Of a stretch of 64,000 bases of DNA, positions 9,253 through 18,431 are shown piece by piece. Source of the stretch: Methanotrichaceae archaeon. Lineage in GTDB: Archaea > Halobacteriota > Methanosarcinia > Methanotrichales > Methanotrichaceae. The stretch is taken from positions 14,234-78,233 of the forward strand of contig JAFGMR010000073.1 of assembly GCA_016927425.1 (NCBI GenBank), written 5' to 3'. The notes beneath the pieces were generated by a model. The model was given only the letters and a program-made list of their open reading frames with translations. It had not been told where the DNA came from and did not search any database. The number at the start of each line of letters is the position of its first letter. Position 1 is the stretch's first letter. Position numbers and translations under genes: made by a program.

Positions 9253-10008
9253 TCAAGCGCCGCAGATCTCCTTGAGCCGCCTTGGGTCCTTCATGATGGC
9301 GGTTCCAATGAGCAGAGCGTCGGCCCCAGCGCTTGCCATGCGGATGGCGTCATCCCTTGAGTGGACGCCGCTTTCTGCAACCAAGAAGACGCCGGCATCC
9401 CTTGCCCTTGGAGCCAGCCTCTCGAATGTTCCAAGGTCCACATCGAGCGTCGAGAGATCCCTGTTGTTTATGCCGACGATCCGGGCGCCTGAATCGAGGG
9501 CTATCTCAAGCTCCTCTTTCCTGTGCACCTCGACGAGAGGCTCCATGCCCCGTGATCTCGCAGCCTCGACCATATCCGATAGGTTTGGGCAGATCCCGGC
9601 GATGAGTAGCACGAGGTCTGCGTAAGCCTCGTCGAGCTGGACCTCCTCGACGATGAAGTCCTTTCGAAGGACAGGCAGATCGACTGCCGCCCTGACCAGG
9701 GGTAGCGTCTCGAGGCTTCCGAGGAAGTACGTGGGCTCTGTCAGGACCGATATGGCACAGGCCCCCATATCGAGGTAGGCCTCGGCATAGGCCTTGGCCT
9801 CCCCCTCCCATAGCGGCCGCGAGAGTATACGGGGCTTGATCTCGGCGATCACGGGGATCTTGCCTTCCGCCCGGGCTCTTTTGGCCGACTTTATGAGGTC
9901 GCGCCGCTTTGGCGGCGTAGCCGGTCGATCCGTTGCCGAATGATCGATCGAGACCCCTCTGCGCGAGGCCGAGGCGCCGATGATCCCCTCAATGAGCGGA
10001 TGCATCAT
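9253..10008 (-). CDS. trpC: indole-3-glycerol phosphate synthase
   Basis: VIAEIKPRILSRP, LTEPTYFLGS and VGINNRDL motifs. It is the last gene of the trp run. Confidence 0.9.
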   Translation of the reverse strand: MMHPLIEGIIGASASRRGVSIDHSATDRPATPPKRRDLIKSAKRARAEGKIPVIAEIKPRILSRPLWEGEAKAYAEAYLDMGACAISVLTEPTYFLGSLETLPLVRAAVDLPVLRKDFIVEEVQLDEAYADLVLLIAGICPNLSDMVEAARSRGMEPLVEVHRKEELEIALDSGARIVGINNRDLSTLDVDLGTFERLAPRARDAGVFLVAESGVHSRDDAIRMASAGADALLIGTAIMKDPRRLKEICGA

Positions 10009-10577
10009 ACCCCCAGGTCCTCCATCCAGTTAGATATGATCCTCATCCCGTCCGGCGTCAGAACAGACTCGGGATGGAACTGGAGTCCGTTTATCGGGAG
10101 GCTCTCGTGGACGAGCCCCATCACGATGCCGTCCTCGGAACGGGCCGTCTCTCTGAGGCATGGTGCAAGCCGCTTTACAGCGAGCGAATGGTACCTTCCG
10201 CCGAGAAGGGGGCAATTTATCCCTCGAAAGATACCCCGGCCGTCGTGGGTGATGGACGTTGCCTTTCCATGCAAGGGCAAAACATGACCAATCGTCCCGC
10301 CGAAGGCCAGGTTTATCGCCTGATGCCCGAGACATATCCCCAATAGAGGGACTTTGGATCCCAGTATGATCTCAAGGCAGCTGCCTATGTCCCTAGGCTT
10401 TGCGGGATGGCCGGGACCTGGGGATATCACGATTCCAACGGGATCCATCTCGCGTACCTTCGATTGCGGTATCGTATTTGGCTCGACTGCCGTATCCTCG
10501 TAGAACCGGGAGACGTAATCGACGAGGTTCCAGACGAAGGAGTCCTGGTTGTCCACAAAGAGAATCGGCCGGCTCAT
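10005..10577 (-). CDS. trpG: anthranilate synthase component II (glutamine amidotransferase)
   Basis: ILFVDNQDSFVWNL, GICLGHQ catalytic Cys and LQFHPES. Has 4-nt overlaps with both neighbours. Confidence 0.9.
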   Translation of the reverse strand: MSRPILFVDNQDSFVWNLVDYVSRFYEDTAVEPNTIPQSKVREMDPVGIVISPGPGHPAKPRDIGSCLEIILGSKVPLLGICLGHQAINLAFGGTIGHVLPLHGKATSITHDGRGIFRGINCPLLGGRYHSLAVKRLAPCLRETARSEDGIVMGLVHESLPINGLQFHPESVLTPDGMRIISNWMEDLGV

Positions 10578-12010
10578 GATTCCACCCCAAGTGCCCTCTT
10601 CATCGGGGCCATCTTCCTCTCGGTCTCCAGATACTCCTTATAGGGATCGGAGTCTGCGACAATCCCGGCCCCCGCCTGGACGCAGGCTATCCCGTCGCGA
10701 ATGAGAACGCTTCTGATGGCAATGGCGAAATCAGAGCTGCCGTCTGCTGAGAAGTAGCCGATCCCGCCGCCGTAAATTCCACGCTCCTCCCCCTCTAGAT
10801 CGTCGATGATCTCCATCGCCCGAAGCTTAGGCGCGCCGCTGAGCGTCCCCGCTGGAAAGACAGCCCTTGCCGCGTCGAACTGGTCGCACTCGGGCCTGAG
10901 ATCGCCTTTGACCGTTGTCTCTATGTGCTGGACGTGGGAGTACTTTAGAACCGACATGAAATCCTCGACCTTGACTGTGCCGGACCGGCATACGGATCGA
11001 ACGTCGTTTCTTCCAAGGTCGACGAGCATTATATGCTCCGCCCTCTCCTTCTCGTCTGCGAGCATCATCCGGGCGTATTCCGAGTCCTCCTCGACCGTTC
11101 GGCCTCTCGGACATGTTCCTGCAATCGGGTTTACCCGGAGCATGCCCCGATAGGTGTTGAAGAGGGTCTCGGGCGAGGCGCCTACTATCGACTGGTCGCC
11201 GAACTCGAATAGATATGTGTAGGGGCTTGGGTTGATCCTTCTAAGCCTCCGATAGAGGGCGACTGCGTCCTTGCACCTAACACTGGCCGACCTTGCCAGG
11301 ACGACCTGGAATATGTCGCCGTCCAAGATATGCTCCTTGGCCTTCTTGACAGAATCCTGGTAGGCCTCGGGATCGCCCTCCCCGAGAAGCTCTCCACGAA
11401 TATCCTCGTCCTCCCCTTCGATTGGATCCATCCCCTCGACGACCTCGACCAGATCGACCTTGGCGCCGGGGAGGATGGGGGCCAGGACAAAGTAGACCTT
11501 CCTCATGAGATGGTCGAAGATAAACGTGCTCTCGGCAAGCGCGAACTGGGCATCAGGAGTGTTTGAATTGGACCTCCGCCCGAGGCGACCCTTGACGAGG
11601 TCGTAGGCAAGGTACCCGATCCCTCCGCCAGTAAAGACCTGTCTATCGAAGAGAGGCTCGGCCTCGCGGCAGGGAATCGATGCCCTGAGAGCGTCGAAGA
11701 GATCGTATCCCTTACGAATCATCCCGACAAGGCGGTTTTCCTCTAAAACGAGGTCGATCGTAGAAGAAAGCCTCTCTTTCATGAAGTCTATTCCTCCATT
11801 GAAAAATTCCATTGAGAAGTTTTCCTCCTTGATCGTCACCAGGGCCGATGGATCGGCGCCGACGAAAGAGAACCTGGCCTTCTGGCCGGACTTCTCGACC
11901 GACTCGAGAAGATAAGGGTATCTGCGAGACCTGAGCTTGAGGTAGAGTGTAAGCGGCGCATCGACGCTCACCTTCTCAGTGACATCGACCAAGATTGGAG
12001 ATCCCGTCAA
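10574..12010 (-). CDS. trpE: anthranilate synthase component I
   Basis: Chorismate-binding C-terminus GAPKLRAMEIIDDLEGEERGIYGGGIGYF...AGAGIVADSDP. Confidence 0.9.
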   Translation of the reverse strand: MTGSPILVDVTEKVSVDAPLTLYLKLRSRRYPYLLESVEKSGQKARFSFVGADPSALVTIKEENFSMEFFNGGIDFMKERLSSTIDLVLEENRLVGMIRKGYDLFDALRASIPCREAEPLFDRQVFTGGGIGYLAYDLVKGRLGRRSNSNTPDAQFALAESTFIFDHLMRKVYFVLAPILPGAKVDLVEVVEGMDPIEGEDEDIRGELLGEGDPEAYQDSVKKAKEHILDGDIFQVVLARSASVRCKDAVALYRRLRRINPSPYTYLFEFGDQSIVGASPETLFNTYRGMLRVNPIAGTCPRGRTVEEDSEYARMMLADEKERAEHIMLVDLGRNDVRSVCRSGTVKVEDFMSVLKYSHVQHIETTVKGDLRPECDQFDAARAVFPAGTLSGAPKLRAMEIIDDLEGEERGIYGGGIGYFSADGSSDFAIAIRSVLIRDGIACVQAGAGIVADSDPYKEYLETERKMAPMKRALGVES

Positions 12011-12630
12011 GAGAGCCTCACCGCCTGTACGAACCGGGTCACCTTCGACGGATCCTTAAGGCGGTCGGTCTCAACTCCGGACGAGACGTCGACCGCATAT
12101 GGATGGACAGTCTTTATCGCCTCGGCAACGTTTGACGGGGAGAGGCCGCCCGCGAGGATGACCGGAACATCAAGCTCCCTGACGAGATCTGCGCTCCTCG
12201 ACCAGTCGTGCACCTCCCCGGTCCCCCCCAACCGGCCGTCCTTCAATGTGTCGAGCAAAATCGCATCGGCAACACCGGAGAGGGCCTGTACGTCTGCGGA
12301 GCCGGGCGAGGTTGCCGCAACAAGCCGCTGTGAGACAGCCTTCTTTAGAAGACGCATATCCCGAGGTCCAATTCCGCCGTGGATCTGGAGGACATCGGCG
12401 CCGGTCTTTCTTGCAAGGTCGCATGCCTCTTCGAGATCCTTTGGAGAGATGACGATCACGCTCTTCGTAAAGACAGGGACACTGGATATCAGGTCGCGTG
12501 CCCTATCAGCTGAGATCGAGTGGTAGGAGCCTTCTACCTCAACTACGAATCCGATGGCATCTGCTCCTGCATCGATTGCGTATCCTAGCTCCTCTTTGCA
12601 AGTGATTCCGCAGATCTTCGCTTTAGTCAT
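12007..12630 (-). CDS. trpF: phosphoribosylanthranilate isomerase
   Basis: MTKAKICGIT start, ...GADAIGFV..., ILAGGL. 207 aa. Confidence 0.85.
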   Translation of the reverse strand: MTKAKICGITCKEELGYAIDAGADAIGFVVEVEGSYHSISADRARDLISSVPVFTKSVIVISPKDLEEACDLARKTGADVLQIHGGIGPRDMRLLKKAVSQRLVAATSPGSADVQALSGVADAILLDTLKDGRLGGTGEVHDWSRSADLVRELDVPVILAGGLSPSNVAEAIKTVHPYAVDVSSGVETDRLKDPSKVTRFVQAVRLS

Positions 12631-13661
12631 AGAAACCTTCCAAGCTTCTCGATTTCGCCGCCCCTCTCAACGAGCCTTCGGAGAAGGTCGATCGATTTGC
12701 CGGAGTCTATGGCCCCCTCTGCCATTGACGCCCCCTCCTCGATCGAGGATGACCTTCCCGAGACGTAGACTGCGGCTCCTGCATTGATCGCGACGATATC
12801 GCGTACAGGCGAACGCACTCCTTGCAGGATGCGAACGAGGCGCTCTGCGTTCTCATATGGAGGCCCACCGGCGATATCCGAGCGCTTTGCAAGAGGGTAG
12901 CCCAAATCCACAGGACGGATCCTATAGCTCTCGACTGAGCCTTTCTTTAGCTCGGAGACGATCGTCTCGCCGGTGTTGGCGATCTCGTCCATCCCCTCTC
13001 CGTGGACGACGAGGGCTCTACTCGATCCGAGAAGCCCGAGCACCTCGGCGAGCTTTGGGCAGAGGGCGGGATCGTATACGCCCATCACCTGAGCGCTCGC
13101 GCCGGCGGGATTGGTCAGGGGGCCGAGAACGTTGAAGACGGTGCGCATGCCAAGATCGCGGCGGATCTGGGCGACCCTCTTCATCGCAGGATGATAGAGG
13201 GGGGCGAGCATGAAGCCGATTCCCAGCTCCTCAATGGAGCGGCAAACCTCATCGGGCTTTGGGGATATGTTCACGCCGAGCTCGTCGAGGACGTTTGCAC
13301 TTCCAGAGCGCGAGCTGACGGCGTAGTTCCCATGTTTTGCGACTGCAACTCCGCATGAAGCGGCAACGATTGCAGCTCCGGTGCTCACGTTTATGGTGTG
13401 GGAGGAGTCGCCCCCGGTCCCGCAGGTATCGACGAGACCTCCATCGACCTTAGGCTCTATCCTGATGGCCGAAGAGCGCATCTTCCTCGCCATCCCGGCG
13501 ATCTCCGAGACGGCCTCCCCCTTCATTCTCAGCGCCACGAGCAGAGCTCCAATCTGGGAGTCGGTCGCCCCCTCGAAGATCTCCCCCATCAAGGCCTCGG
13601 CCTCATCCACGCTCAAGTCATGGCCTTCCATTATCCTCTCAAGATACATCAATGGGATCAC
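12627..13661 (-). CDS. trpD: anthranilate phosphoribosyltransferase
   Basis: VDTCGTGGDSSHTINVSTGAAIVAA and FNVLGPLTNPA motifs. The ORF starts with GTG at 13661, and an ATG at 13649 (MYLERIMEG) is equally plausible. Confidence 0.9.
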   Translation of the reverse strand: MIPLMYLERIMEGHDLSVDEAEALMGEIFEGATDSQIGALLVALRMKGEAVSEIAGMARKMRSSAIRIEPKVDGGLVDTCGTGGDSSHTINVSTGAAIVAASCGVAVAKHGNYAVSSRSGSANVLDELGVNISPKPDEVCRSIEELGIGFMLAPLYHPAMKRVAQIRRDLGMRTVFNVLGPLTNPAGASAQVMGVYDPALCPKLAEVLGLLGSSRALVVHGEGMDEIANTGETIVSELKKGSVESYRIRPVDLGYPLAKRSDIAGGPPYENAERLVRILQGVRSPVRDIVAINAGAAVYVSGRSSSIEEGASMAEGAIDSGKSIDLLRRLVERGGEIEKLGRFL

Positions 13662-13686
13662 CAGTTATAATGTATTATATTGTACT

Positions 13687-13730
13687 CTGATGGACTAATC
13701 AATACATCGTATATAAGATTTGTCCATCAG
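13687..13730 (-). promoter_or_regulatory. candidate trp promoter/operator: a perfect 9-bp inverted repeat bracketing a TATA-like box
   Basis: CTGATGGAC (13687-13695) and GTCCATCAG (13722-13730) flank TATATAA (13710-13716). This lies about 50 nt upstream of the trpD start, on the correct side for a minus-strand promoter. Confidence 0.4.
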
Positions 13731-13891
13731 CTGGCCGGTCGAGCTGGAGTCGGCGATGATGGACGCCAGGGCGCCGGGAGTAATGAACGGTTTATGGATA
13801 TGGCTGGCAAATATGGCCTTCATCGAAAGTGCGAGGGCACCATTAGATCACATGCTGGCCCACGATATCCAGTACTTTCGCCTCGATGAGA

Positions 13892-14830
13892 TCAACGGAC
13901 AAATGCCAATAGGCCAAGAAGGATGAAAAACCGCACGATGACGCTAAGTCCGGTCGAAAGAAGGACAATCTTCAGGCCTAGGCGCGACCCGAAGATGGCG
14001 ACGTACCTGGGAGCGAGGCTCTTTGCGGCGAAGATGGGAAGCATGAACATGCTTCCAAGCATCAAGACGATCATCGCCTGGACATCCGAGATCGTGCCGA
14101 CGTGAATCATATTTCCAAGGAGGGAGATCCCGGCGATGGGACTCAGCACGTATGTCGTAAGCGGCACTATGCTCTCCGATGGAATGCCGAAGATCTCTGC
14201 CAGGGGAAGCACGCTGAATATCTCGAAGTACCCGCCGTCCTGAAGGAGGAAGACGATTGTCGTGACCACCAAGTAGATCGCAGCGATGCGCAGAAAGAGC
14301 CGCCCCTCCTTTTGGAGAGTGCGCGTTAGGGCGTCCTTTAGGGAGACTCCCTTGGGTGGCGGGGCGATCGAGGGCGTGCAGGTGGATCGGTCCAGGAAGA
14401 CTCGGCTCAGGAGGACGACTGCCGCCACCTTGACCGCTGCGGTCAATAGGAAGACCACGGCGTAGAAGCCTCCAACGACCATTCCTAGAGCTGGGATCAC
14501 TATTGGAACCTGGTAGGTAAGAAGCTCTCTCAGGTACACGGGAATGCTGTTCATGATCGAACATAGCACGGTCTCCCTCCCGCTGATGCTCCCCTCCCGT
14601 CTGAAGGACGCGATCATGCCGTTTGCCGCAACCGCCGAGCCCAGTGAGACGACGAAGGCGGTGGAGCAGGCTTCGGGCAGACGCGTGAAGGCGAATATCG
14701 GCCGGCTCAAGAAGGCCAGCCTCTGCATGAGGCCCATCTCCACAAGTATGCCTGCCCCAAATAGGCCGAGCAGGATCATGGCCAGTATGGGAGCTGCAAA
14801 GTCGAGCACCCTGATCAAGAGGTTAAGCAT
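13892..14830 (-). CDS. polytopic membrane protein, possibly nucleoside-recognition (gate) domain type
   Basis: Roughly 8 hydrophobic segments. The N-terminal region FLSRPIFAFTRLPEACSTAFVVSLGSAVAANGMIA resembles gate-domain proteins; the family call is weak. Confidence 0.45.
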   Translation of the reverse strand: MLNLLIRVLDFAAPILAMILLGLFGAGILVEMGLMQRLAFLSRPIFAFTRLPEACSTAFVVSLGSAVAANGMIASFRREGSISGRETVLCSIMNSIPVYLRELLTYQVPIVIPALGMVVGGFYAVVFLLTAAVKVAAVVLLSRVFLDRSTCTPSIAPPPKGVSLKDALTRTLQKEGRLFLRIAAIYLVVTTIVFLLQDGGYFEIFSVLPLAEIFGIPSESIVPLTTYVLSPIAGISLLGNMIHVGTISDVQAMIVLMLGSMFMLPIFAAKSLAPRYVAIFGSRLGLKIVLLSTGLSVIVRFFILLGLLAFVR

Positions 14831-14965
14831 CCCTTCGATCGTGGAATTTAGGGGTTGATCTAGTTATTCCATATATGCTTCGCTACGCCTATCGCCTTTA
14901 GCCAAAAGTTATATATTCGTTGAATGTCGAATAGAGGCTTGAGATATAAGACAGGAGAACCACAT

Positions 14966-15373
14966 ATGAAGATACGAGTAATCAGCAACAAGGATGAGAT
15001 CGACGCCCTAAGCCCACAGGAGAGGATGGTCCACCTCACCTTCAGGGCATCCAACGTAGATATCCTCAAGCTCATAAGGATATGCCCGAGGCTCCGGGTG
15101 ATACAGCTTCCCCCCTCATATATGAGGACGGTCTCGAAGGCGACGAGGACGCTTTTGCAAATGGAGGGAATCGATCTGCTCGAAGGGGACGTCTGGGGCC
15201 ATAGGAAGGACCTCGATGAGTACTTCATAGTCGAGAAGGAGACCGTCGATCAGATCCGCTCCCTCGCCGAAGGGGGAATGGCAAAGGATGAAATGGCCCG
15301 TGCGATCCAGAAGAGGGCCCGAATTGGCTCCGACTTGATCGGATATATCGCGCGGCGGGCCATGACCGCTTGA
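14966..15373 (+). CDS. conserved archaeal hypothetical protein (DUF1699-like, from memory)
   Basis: ATG at 14966 is preceded by CAGGAG. MKIRVISNKDEIDALSPQERMVHLTFRASN...IQLPPSYMRTVSKATRTLLQMEGIDLLEGDVWGHRKD matches my recollection of a small methanogen-specific family. Confidence 0.5.
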   Translation: MKIRVISNKDEIDALSPQERMVHLTFRASNVDILKLIRICPRLRVIQLPPSYMRTVSKATRTLLQMEGIDLLEGDVWGHRKDLDEYFIVEKETVDQIRSLAEGGMAKDEMARAIQKRARIGSDLIGYIARRAMTA

Positions 15374-15642
15374 GGAAAGCAACGCCCAACCCATTACGAC
15401 GGCCGATCTCGATCGAGCCGGAGGGCGGCACAGTCGGGCTACCGACGCCTCGGAAGGCCACAGCGCCCCGGGTTCGACCGAAATCTTTATATCGATGATA
15501 GTCGGTGACAACTACGGCAAAAGTCGAGATGCATTCTCTGTTCCCTCCTACAATCCCTTGACTTTTGCTATCATTTCCATTATTGAGGTCGAGACAGCAT
15601 CCATTACAAGGATCGCATGTGGCCGGCTTTGGGAAAAGGTGG

Positions 15643-15981
15643 TCAGACGACCAACGAGCCGCGCTCCCTGGTCCTGACCCTGACCACGTCCTCCAATGGA
15701 TAGATGAAGATCTTCCCATCCCCGGCCTCGCCGGTCTTGGCGGAATCGCAGATCAGATCGACCACTTTCTCGACATCATCATCGTCCACCACAACCTCCA
15801 ACTTCACCTTAGGCAAAAGCTCCACACGATACTCCCCTGCACGCCACTGGAGGGCTATGCCCTTCTGTCTGCCCCTCCCCAGAACGTCGCTTACCGTAAT
15901 GCTCGAGAACCCGTTCTGATCCAATATCTTCCTGGCCAGGTTCAGCTTCTCCGGCCGGATGATCGCCTCTATCTTCTTCAT
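15643..15981 (-). CDS. glnK: nitrogen regulatory protein P-II (GlnK)
   Basis: MKKIEAIIRPEKL...GRGRQKG...Y (T-loop)...TGEAGDGKIFI. Lies 10 nt downstream of the amt stop. Confidence 0.9.
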   Translation of the reverse strand: MKKIEAIIRPEKLNLARKILDQNGFSSITVSDVLGRGRQKGIALQWRAGEYRVELLPKVKLEVVVDDDDVEKVVDLICDSAKTGEAGDGKIFIYPLEDVVRVRTRERGSLVV

Positions 15982-15991
15982 GATCGACCTC

Positions 15992-17254
15992 TCATACGTA
16001 GATCCCCTCGCCATGCTGGCTGATATCCAGGCCCACGGCCTCCTCCTCCTCTTTGACCCTCAAGCCCATTGTGGCATCAATGACCTTCCCGAGCCCATAG
16101 GTCACCGCAAAGGCGTAGATCCACGTCGACGCGACTGCTACGGCCTGTGCCATCAGCTGGCCGGTGTTTCCGGCGAGAAGGCCTGATGCGCCGATGCTTG
16201 CGAAGATGCCGGTTGCCATGACCCCCCATGTGCTTCCGATCCCATGACATGCGAGGACGTCGAGCGAGTCGTCCACCTTCTTGCTTTTGCGGATGAACAA
16301 TATCGCATTGTAGCAGAGGAAACTAGCGACGACACCGATTGGAATTGACGCAAGCGGTGTCACGAATCCGGCTGCGGGGGTTATTGCAGCAAGGCCGGCC
16401 ACGGCGCCGGTGACGATTCCAAGCGCGCTTGGCGCCCTGTCCCTCCACGATAGGATCATCCATGTCACCGCAGCTGCCGCAGCTGACGTATTGGTCGTGA
16501 CAAAGGCGTTCGTTGCGATCTCATTTGCAGCCAGGGCTGAACCTGCGTTGAAGCCAAACCAGCCGAACCAGAGCAATGCTGCTCCGAGCACGGTCGTCGG
16601 GATGTTGTGGGGCTCCATAGGATCGGTTCCATACCCCTTCCTCGCACCGATCACCATGGCGATTGCAAGGGCAGAGACTCCCGCGCTGATATGCACGACG
16701 ATCCCACCTGCAAAGTCAAGCGCGCCTGCCTTTGCAAGCCATCCACCGCCCCAGACCCAGTGAGCTATGGGGTCATAGACCAAGGTGGCCCAGGCCAGGG
16801 AGAAGACGAGAAAAGAGCTGAACTTGATCCTCTCGACGAAGCTTCCCGTAATCAAAGAGACGGTGATTACGGCAAACATAGACTGGAAGATCATGAACGT
16901 AAGGGCTGGAATAGACAATCCCTCCTTGACCGCGAGGGTGACACCATTTAGGCCCACGTTCTCCAGGCCGCCGATGATCCCGTGGACATCGTGGCCAAAC
17001 GATAGGGAGTAGCCGAGGAGGATCCACTGGAGGCTTATCACCCCCATGACCGCGAAGCTGAAGATGATCGTCGAGATGACGTTTTTCTTCCTGACCATCC
17101 CGCCGTAGAAGAGGCCGACGCCTGGGACCATGATGAGAACCAAGGCGGCGCTCATCAGAACCCAGGCGTTATCAGCGGCGTTGAGTGCTCCATCCTGGGC
17201 TGCTGCCATGCCCAGCCATAGAGCTATCGATAATATAAGCAAGTATAAGCGCAA
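15992..17254 (-). CDS. amt: ammonium transporter Amt
   Basis: AWVLMSAALVLIMVPGVGLFYGGMVRKKN and FAGGIVVHISAGVSALA motifs. TTG start at 17254 with a signal-like N-terminus. Confidence 0.9.
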   Translation of the reverse strand: MRLYLLILSIALWLGMAAAQDGALNAADNAWVLMSAALVLIMVPGVGLFYGGMVRKKNVISTIIFSFAVMGVISLQWILLGYSLSFGHDVHGIIGGLENVGLNGVTLAVKEGLSIPALTFMIFQSMFAVITVSLITGSFVERIKFSSFLVFSLAWATLVYDPIAHWVWGGGWLAKAGALDFAGGIVVHISAGVSALAIAMVIGARKGYGTDPMEPHNIPTTVLGAALLWFGWFGFNAGSALAANEIATNAFVTTNTSAAAAAVTWMILSWRDRAPSALGIVTGAVAGLAAITPAAGFVTPLASIPIGVVASFLCYNAILFIRKSKKVDDSLDVLACHGIGSTWGVMATGIFASIGASGLLAGNTGQLMAQAVAVASTWIYAFAVTYGLGKVIDATMGLRVKEEEEAVGLDISQHGEGIYV

Positions 17255-17530
17255 ACTTGTTCACCAAAAGTAGGAAAGATAGCGATCTAATAAGCGTATT
17301 TAGGACAAATTAAGGATTGTTCATATATTATCGGATATTGTCATACGGGATTGAAGCACAAGCTTGAAGCCAGCTGCTACATTGAGTTCCACAACCGCGG
17401 ATAGAGTTAGGGATAGCACTCGGTACATGGGAAAGCTTTAAATATTTTGTCGTATTTACGAGAAATAGTAGTACCAAAGGTTAGACGAGAATTCGATCAA
17501 AGTATAACACATTCCAAGAGAGGCTATATA

Positions 17531-18010
17531 ATGAAGATATGCATCACAGCAGGCGGGACCGGCCTTGAGGCACCGGTGGATCCCAGGTTCGGGCGCTGTG
17601 CCTTCTTCGTATACGTGGATACGGAGAGCATGGCTGTCGAGTCCGTGCCAAACGAGAGCGCAGGGGCTGCGAGCGGAGCCGGGATTCAGGCAGCACAGAA
17701 TGTAGCAAGAAAGGGCGCATCAGTGGTCATCACAGGCAACCTTGGCCCAAACGCGATTCAGACGCTGAAAGGAGCTGGCGTTGAGGCCTACCAGGCCCAG
17801 GGAATGACGGTTGGAGACGCAGTCGAGCGGTTCAAGAGAGGCGAGCTTTCGCCGCTTTCTGCCGCCACATCACAACCCCAAGCCCCCGGCGGAGATATCG
17901 GAGCAGGGATGGGGGCCGGCCAGGGAAGAGGCGGCGGCCGTGGAGTTGGCGGCGGCGGAAGAGGCGGAGCCGGTCGTGGCGGTGGCCAGGGAAGAGGCGG
18001 CCCCAGGTGA
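17531..18010 (+). CDS. NifB/NifX-type (dinitrogenase FeMo-cofactor-binding fold) protein with a C-terminal RGG-rich tail
   Basis: MKICITAGG...FGRCAFFVYVD...VVITGNLGPNAIQTLKGAGVEAY core. The last roughly 40 aa are GGDIGAGMGAGQGRGGGRGVGGGGRGGAGRGGGQGRGGPR. Confidence 0.7.
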   Translation: MKICITAGGTGLEAPVDPRFGRCAFFVYVDTESMAVESVPNESAGAASGAGIQAAQNVARKGASVVITGNLGPNAIQTLKGAGVEAYQAQGMTVGDAVERFKRGELSPLSAATSQPQAPGGDIGAGMGAGQGRGGGRGVGGGGRGGAGRGGGQGRGGPR

Positions 18011-18014
18011 TCTC

Positions 18015-18374
18015 ATGAAGATATGCATTCCAACAGAGGGAGATCGAGGCGCAGACGAGCTGATATGCCCCCACTTCGGAAGAGCACCAACCTTCACCAT
18101 AGTGGACCTGGAAAAGGATGAGCTGAAGGTGATTCCCAACAACGGCAGCCATATGGGTGGGTCCTTGCTTCCACCTGAGATCATCAAGGGAGCGGGCGCC
18201 GGGGTGATGCTGGTAGGCGGCCTTGGGCCAAAAGCAGTCGACCTATTCCAGGATCTGAATATCGAGGTCTTCGTTGGGGCAAGCGGCACGGTTGCAGAGA
18301 CAATCGAGGCGTGGAAGTCGGGCGAACTTGCCAGGGCCACGCGAGATGCTGCCTGCCAGGAGCACCAGCACTGA
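18015..18374 (+). CDS. NifB/NifX-type protein, tandem paralogue without the tail
   Basis: MKICIPTEG...HFGRAPTFTIVDL...MLVGGLGPKAVDLFQDLNIEVF. The ATG is 4 nt after the stop of the preceding paralogue. Confidence 0.7.
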   Translation: MKICIPTEGDRGADELICPHFGRAPTFTIVDLEKDELKVIPNNGSHMGGSLLPPEIIKGAGAGVMLVGGLGPKAVDLFQDLNIEVFVGASGTVAETIEAWKSGELARATRDAACQEHQH

Positions 18375-18431
18375 GGGCCATTCGTAATTAGCCTCTTTTA
18401 CCTATCTGGGGCCCGGGGGAGATCCCGGGCC

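Noticed and set aside
15374-15642. GGGTTCGACCG (T-loop-like) in the convergent gap after glnK: a possible tRNA
   Set aside because: No acceptor, D or anticodon stems can be drawn around it. It is an isolated GTTCGA match.
17329-17341. 13-nt exact match TATCGGATATTGT upstream of amt (17329) and upstream of the MFS gene (36243): a possible shared operator
   Set aside because: Several 13-mer coincidences are expected by chance in 64 kb. The two copies are in opposite orientation relative to their genes and at different distances, and the motif has no dyad symmetry. Worth a genome-wide count, but not supportable here.
17255-17530. Search for NrpR-type nitrogen operators (GGAA-N6-TTCC as I recall from Methanococcus) in the amt/nifX-like intergenic region
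   Set aside because: No such spaced inverted repeat is present. Only unrelated GGAA and TTCC tetramers occur.
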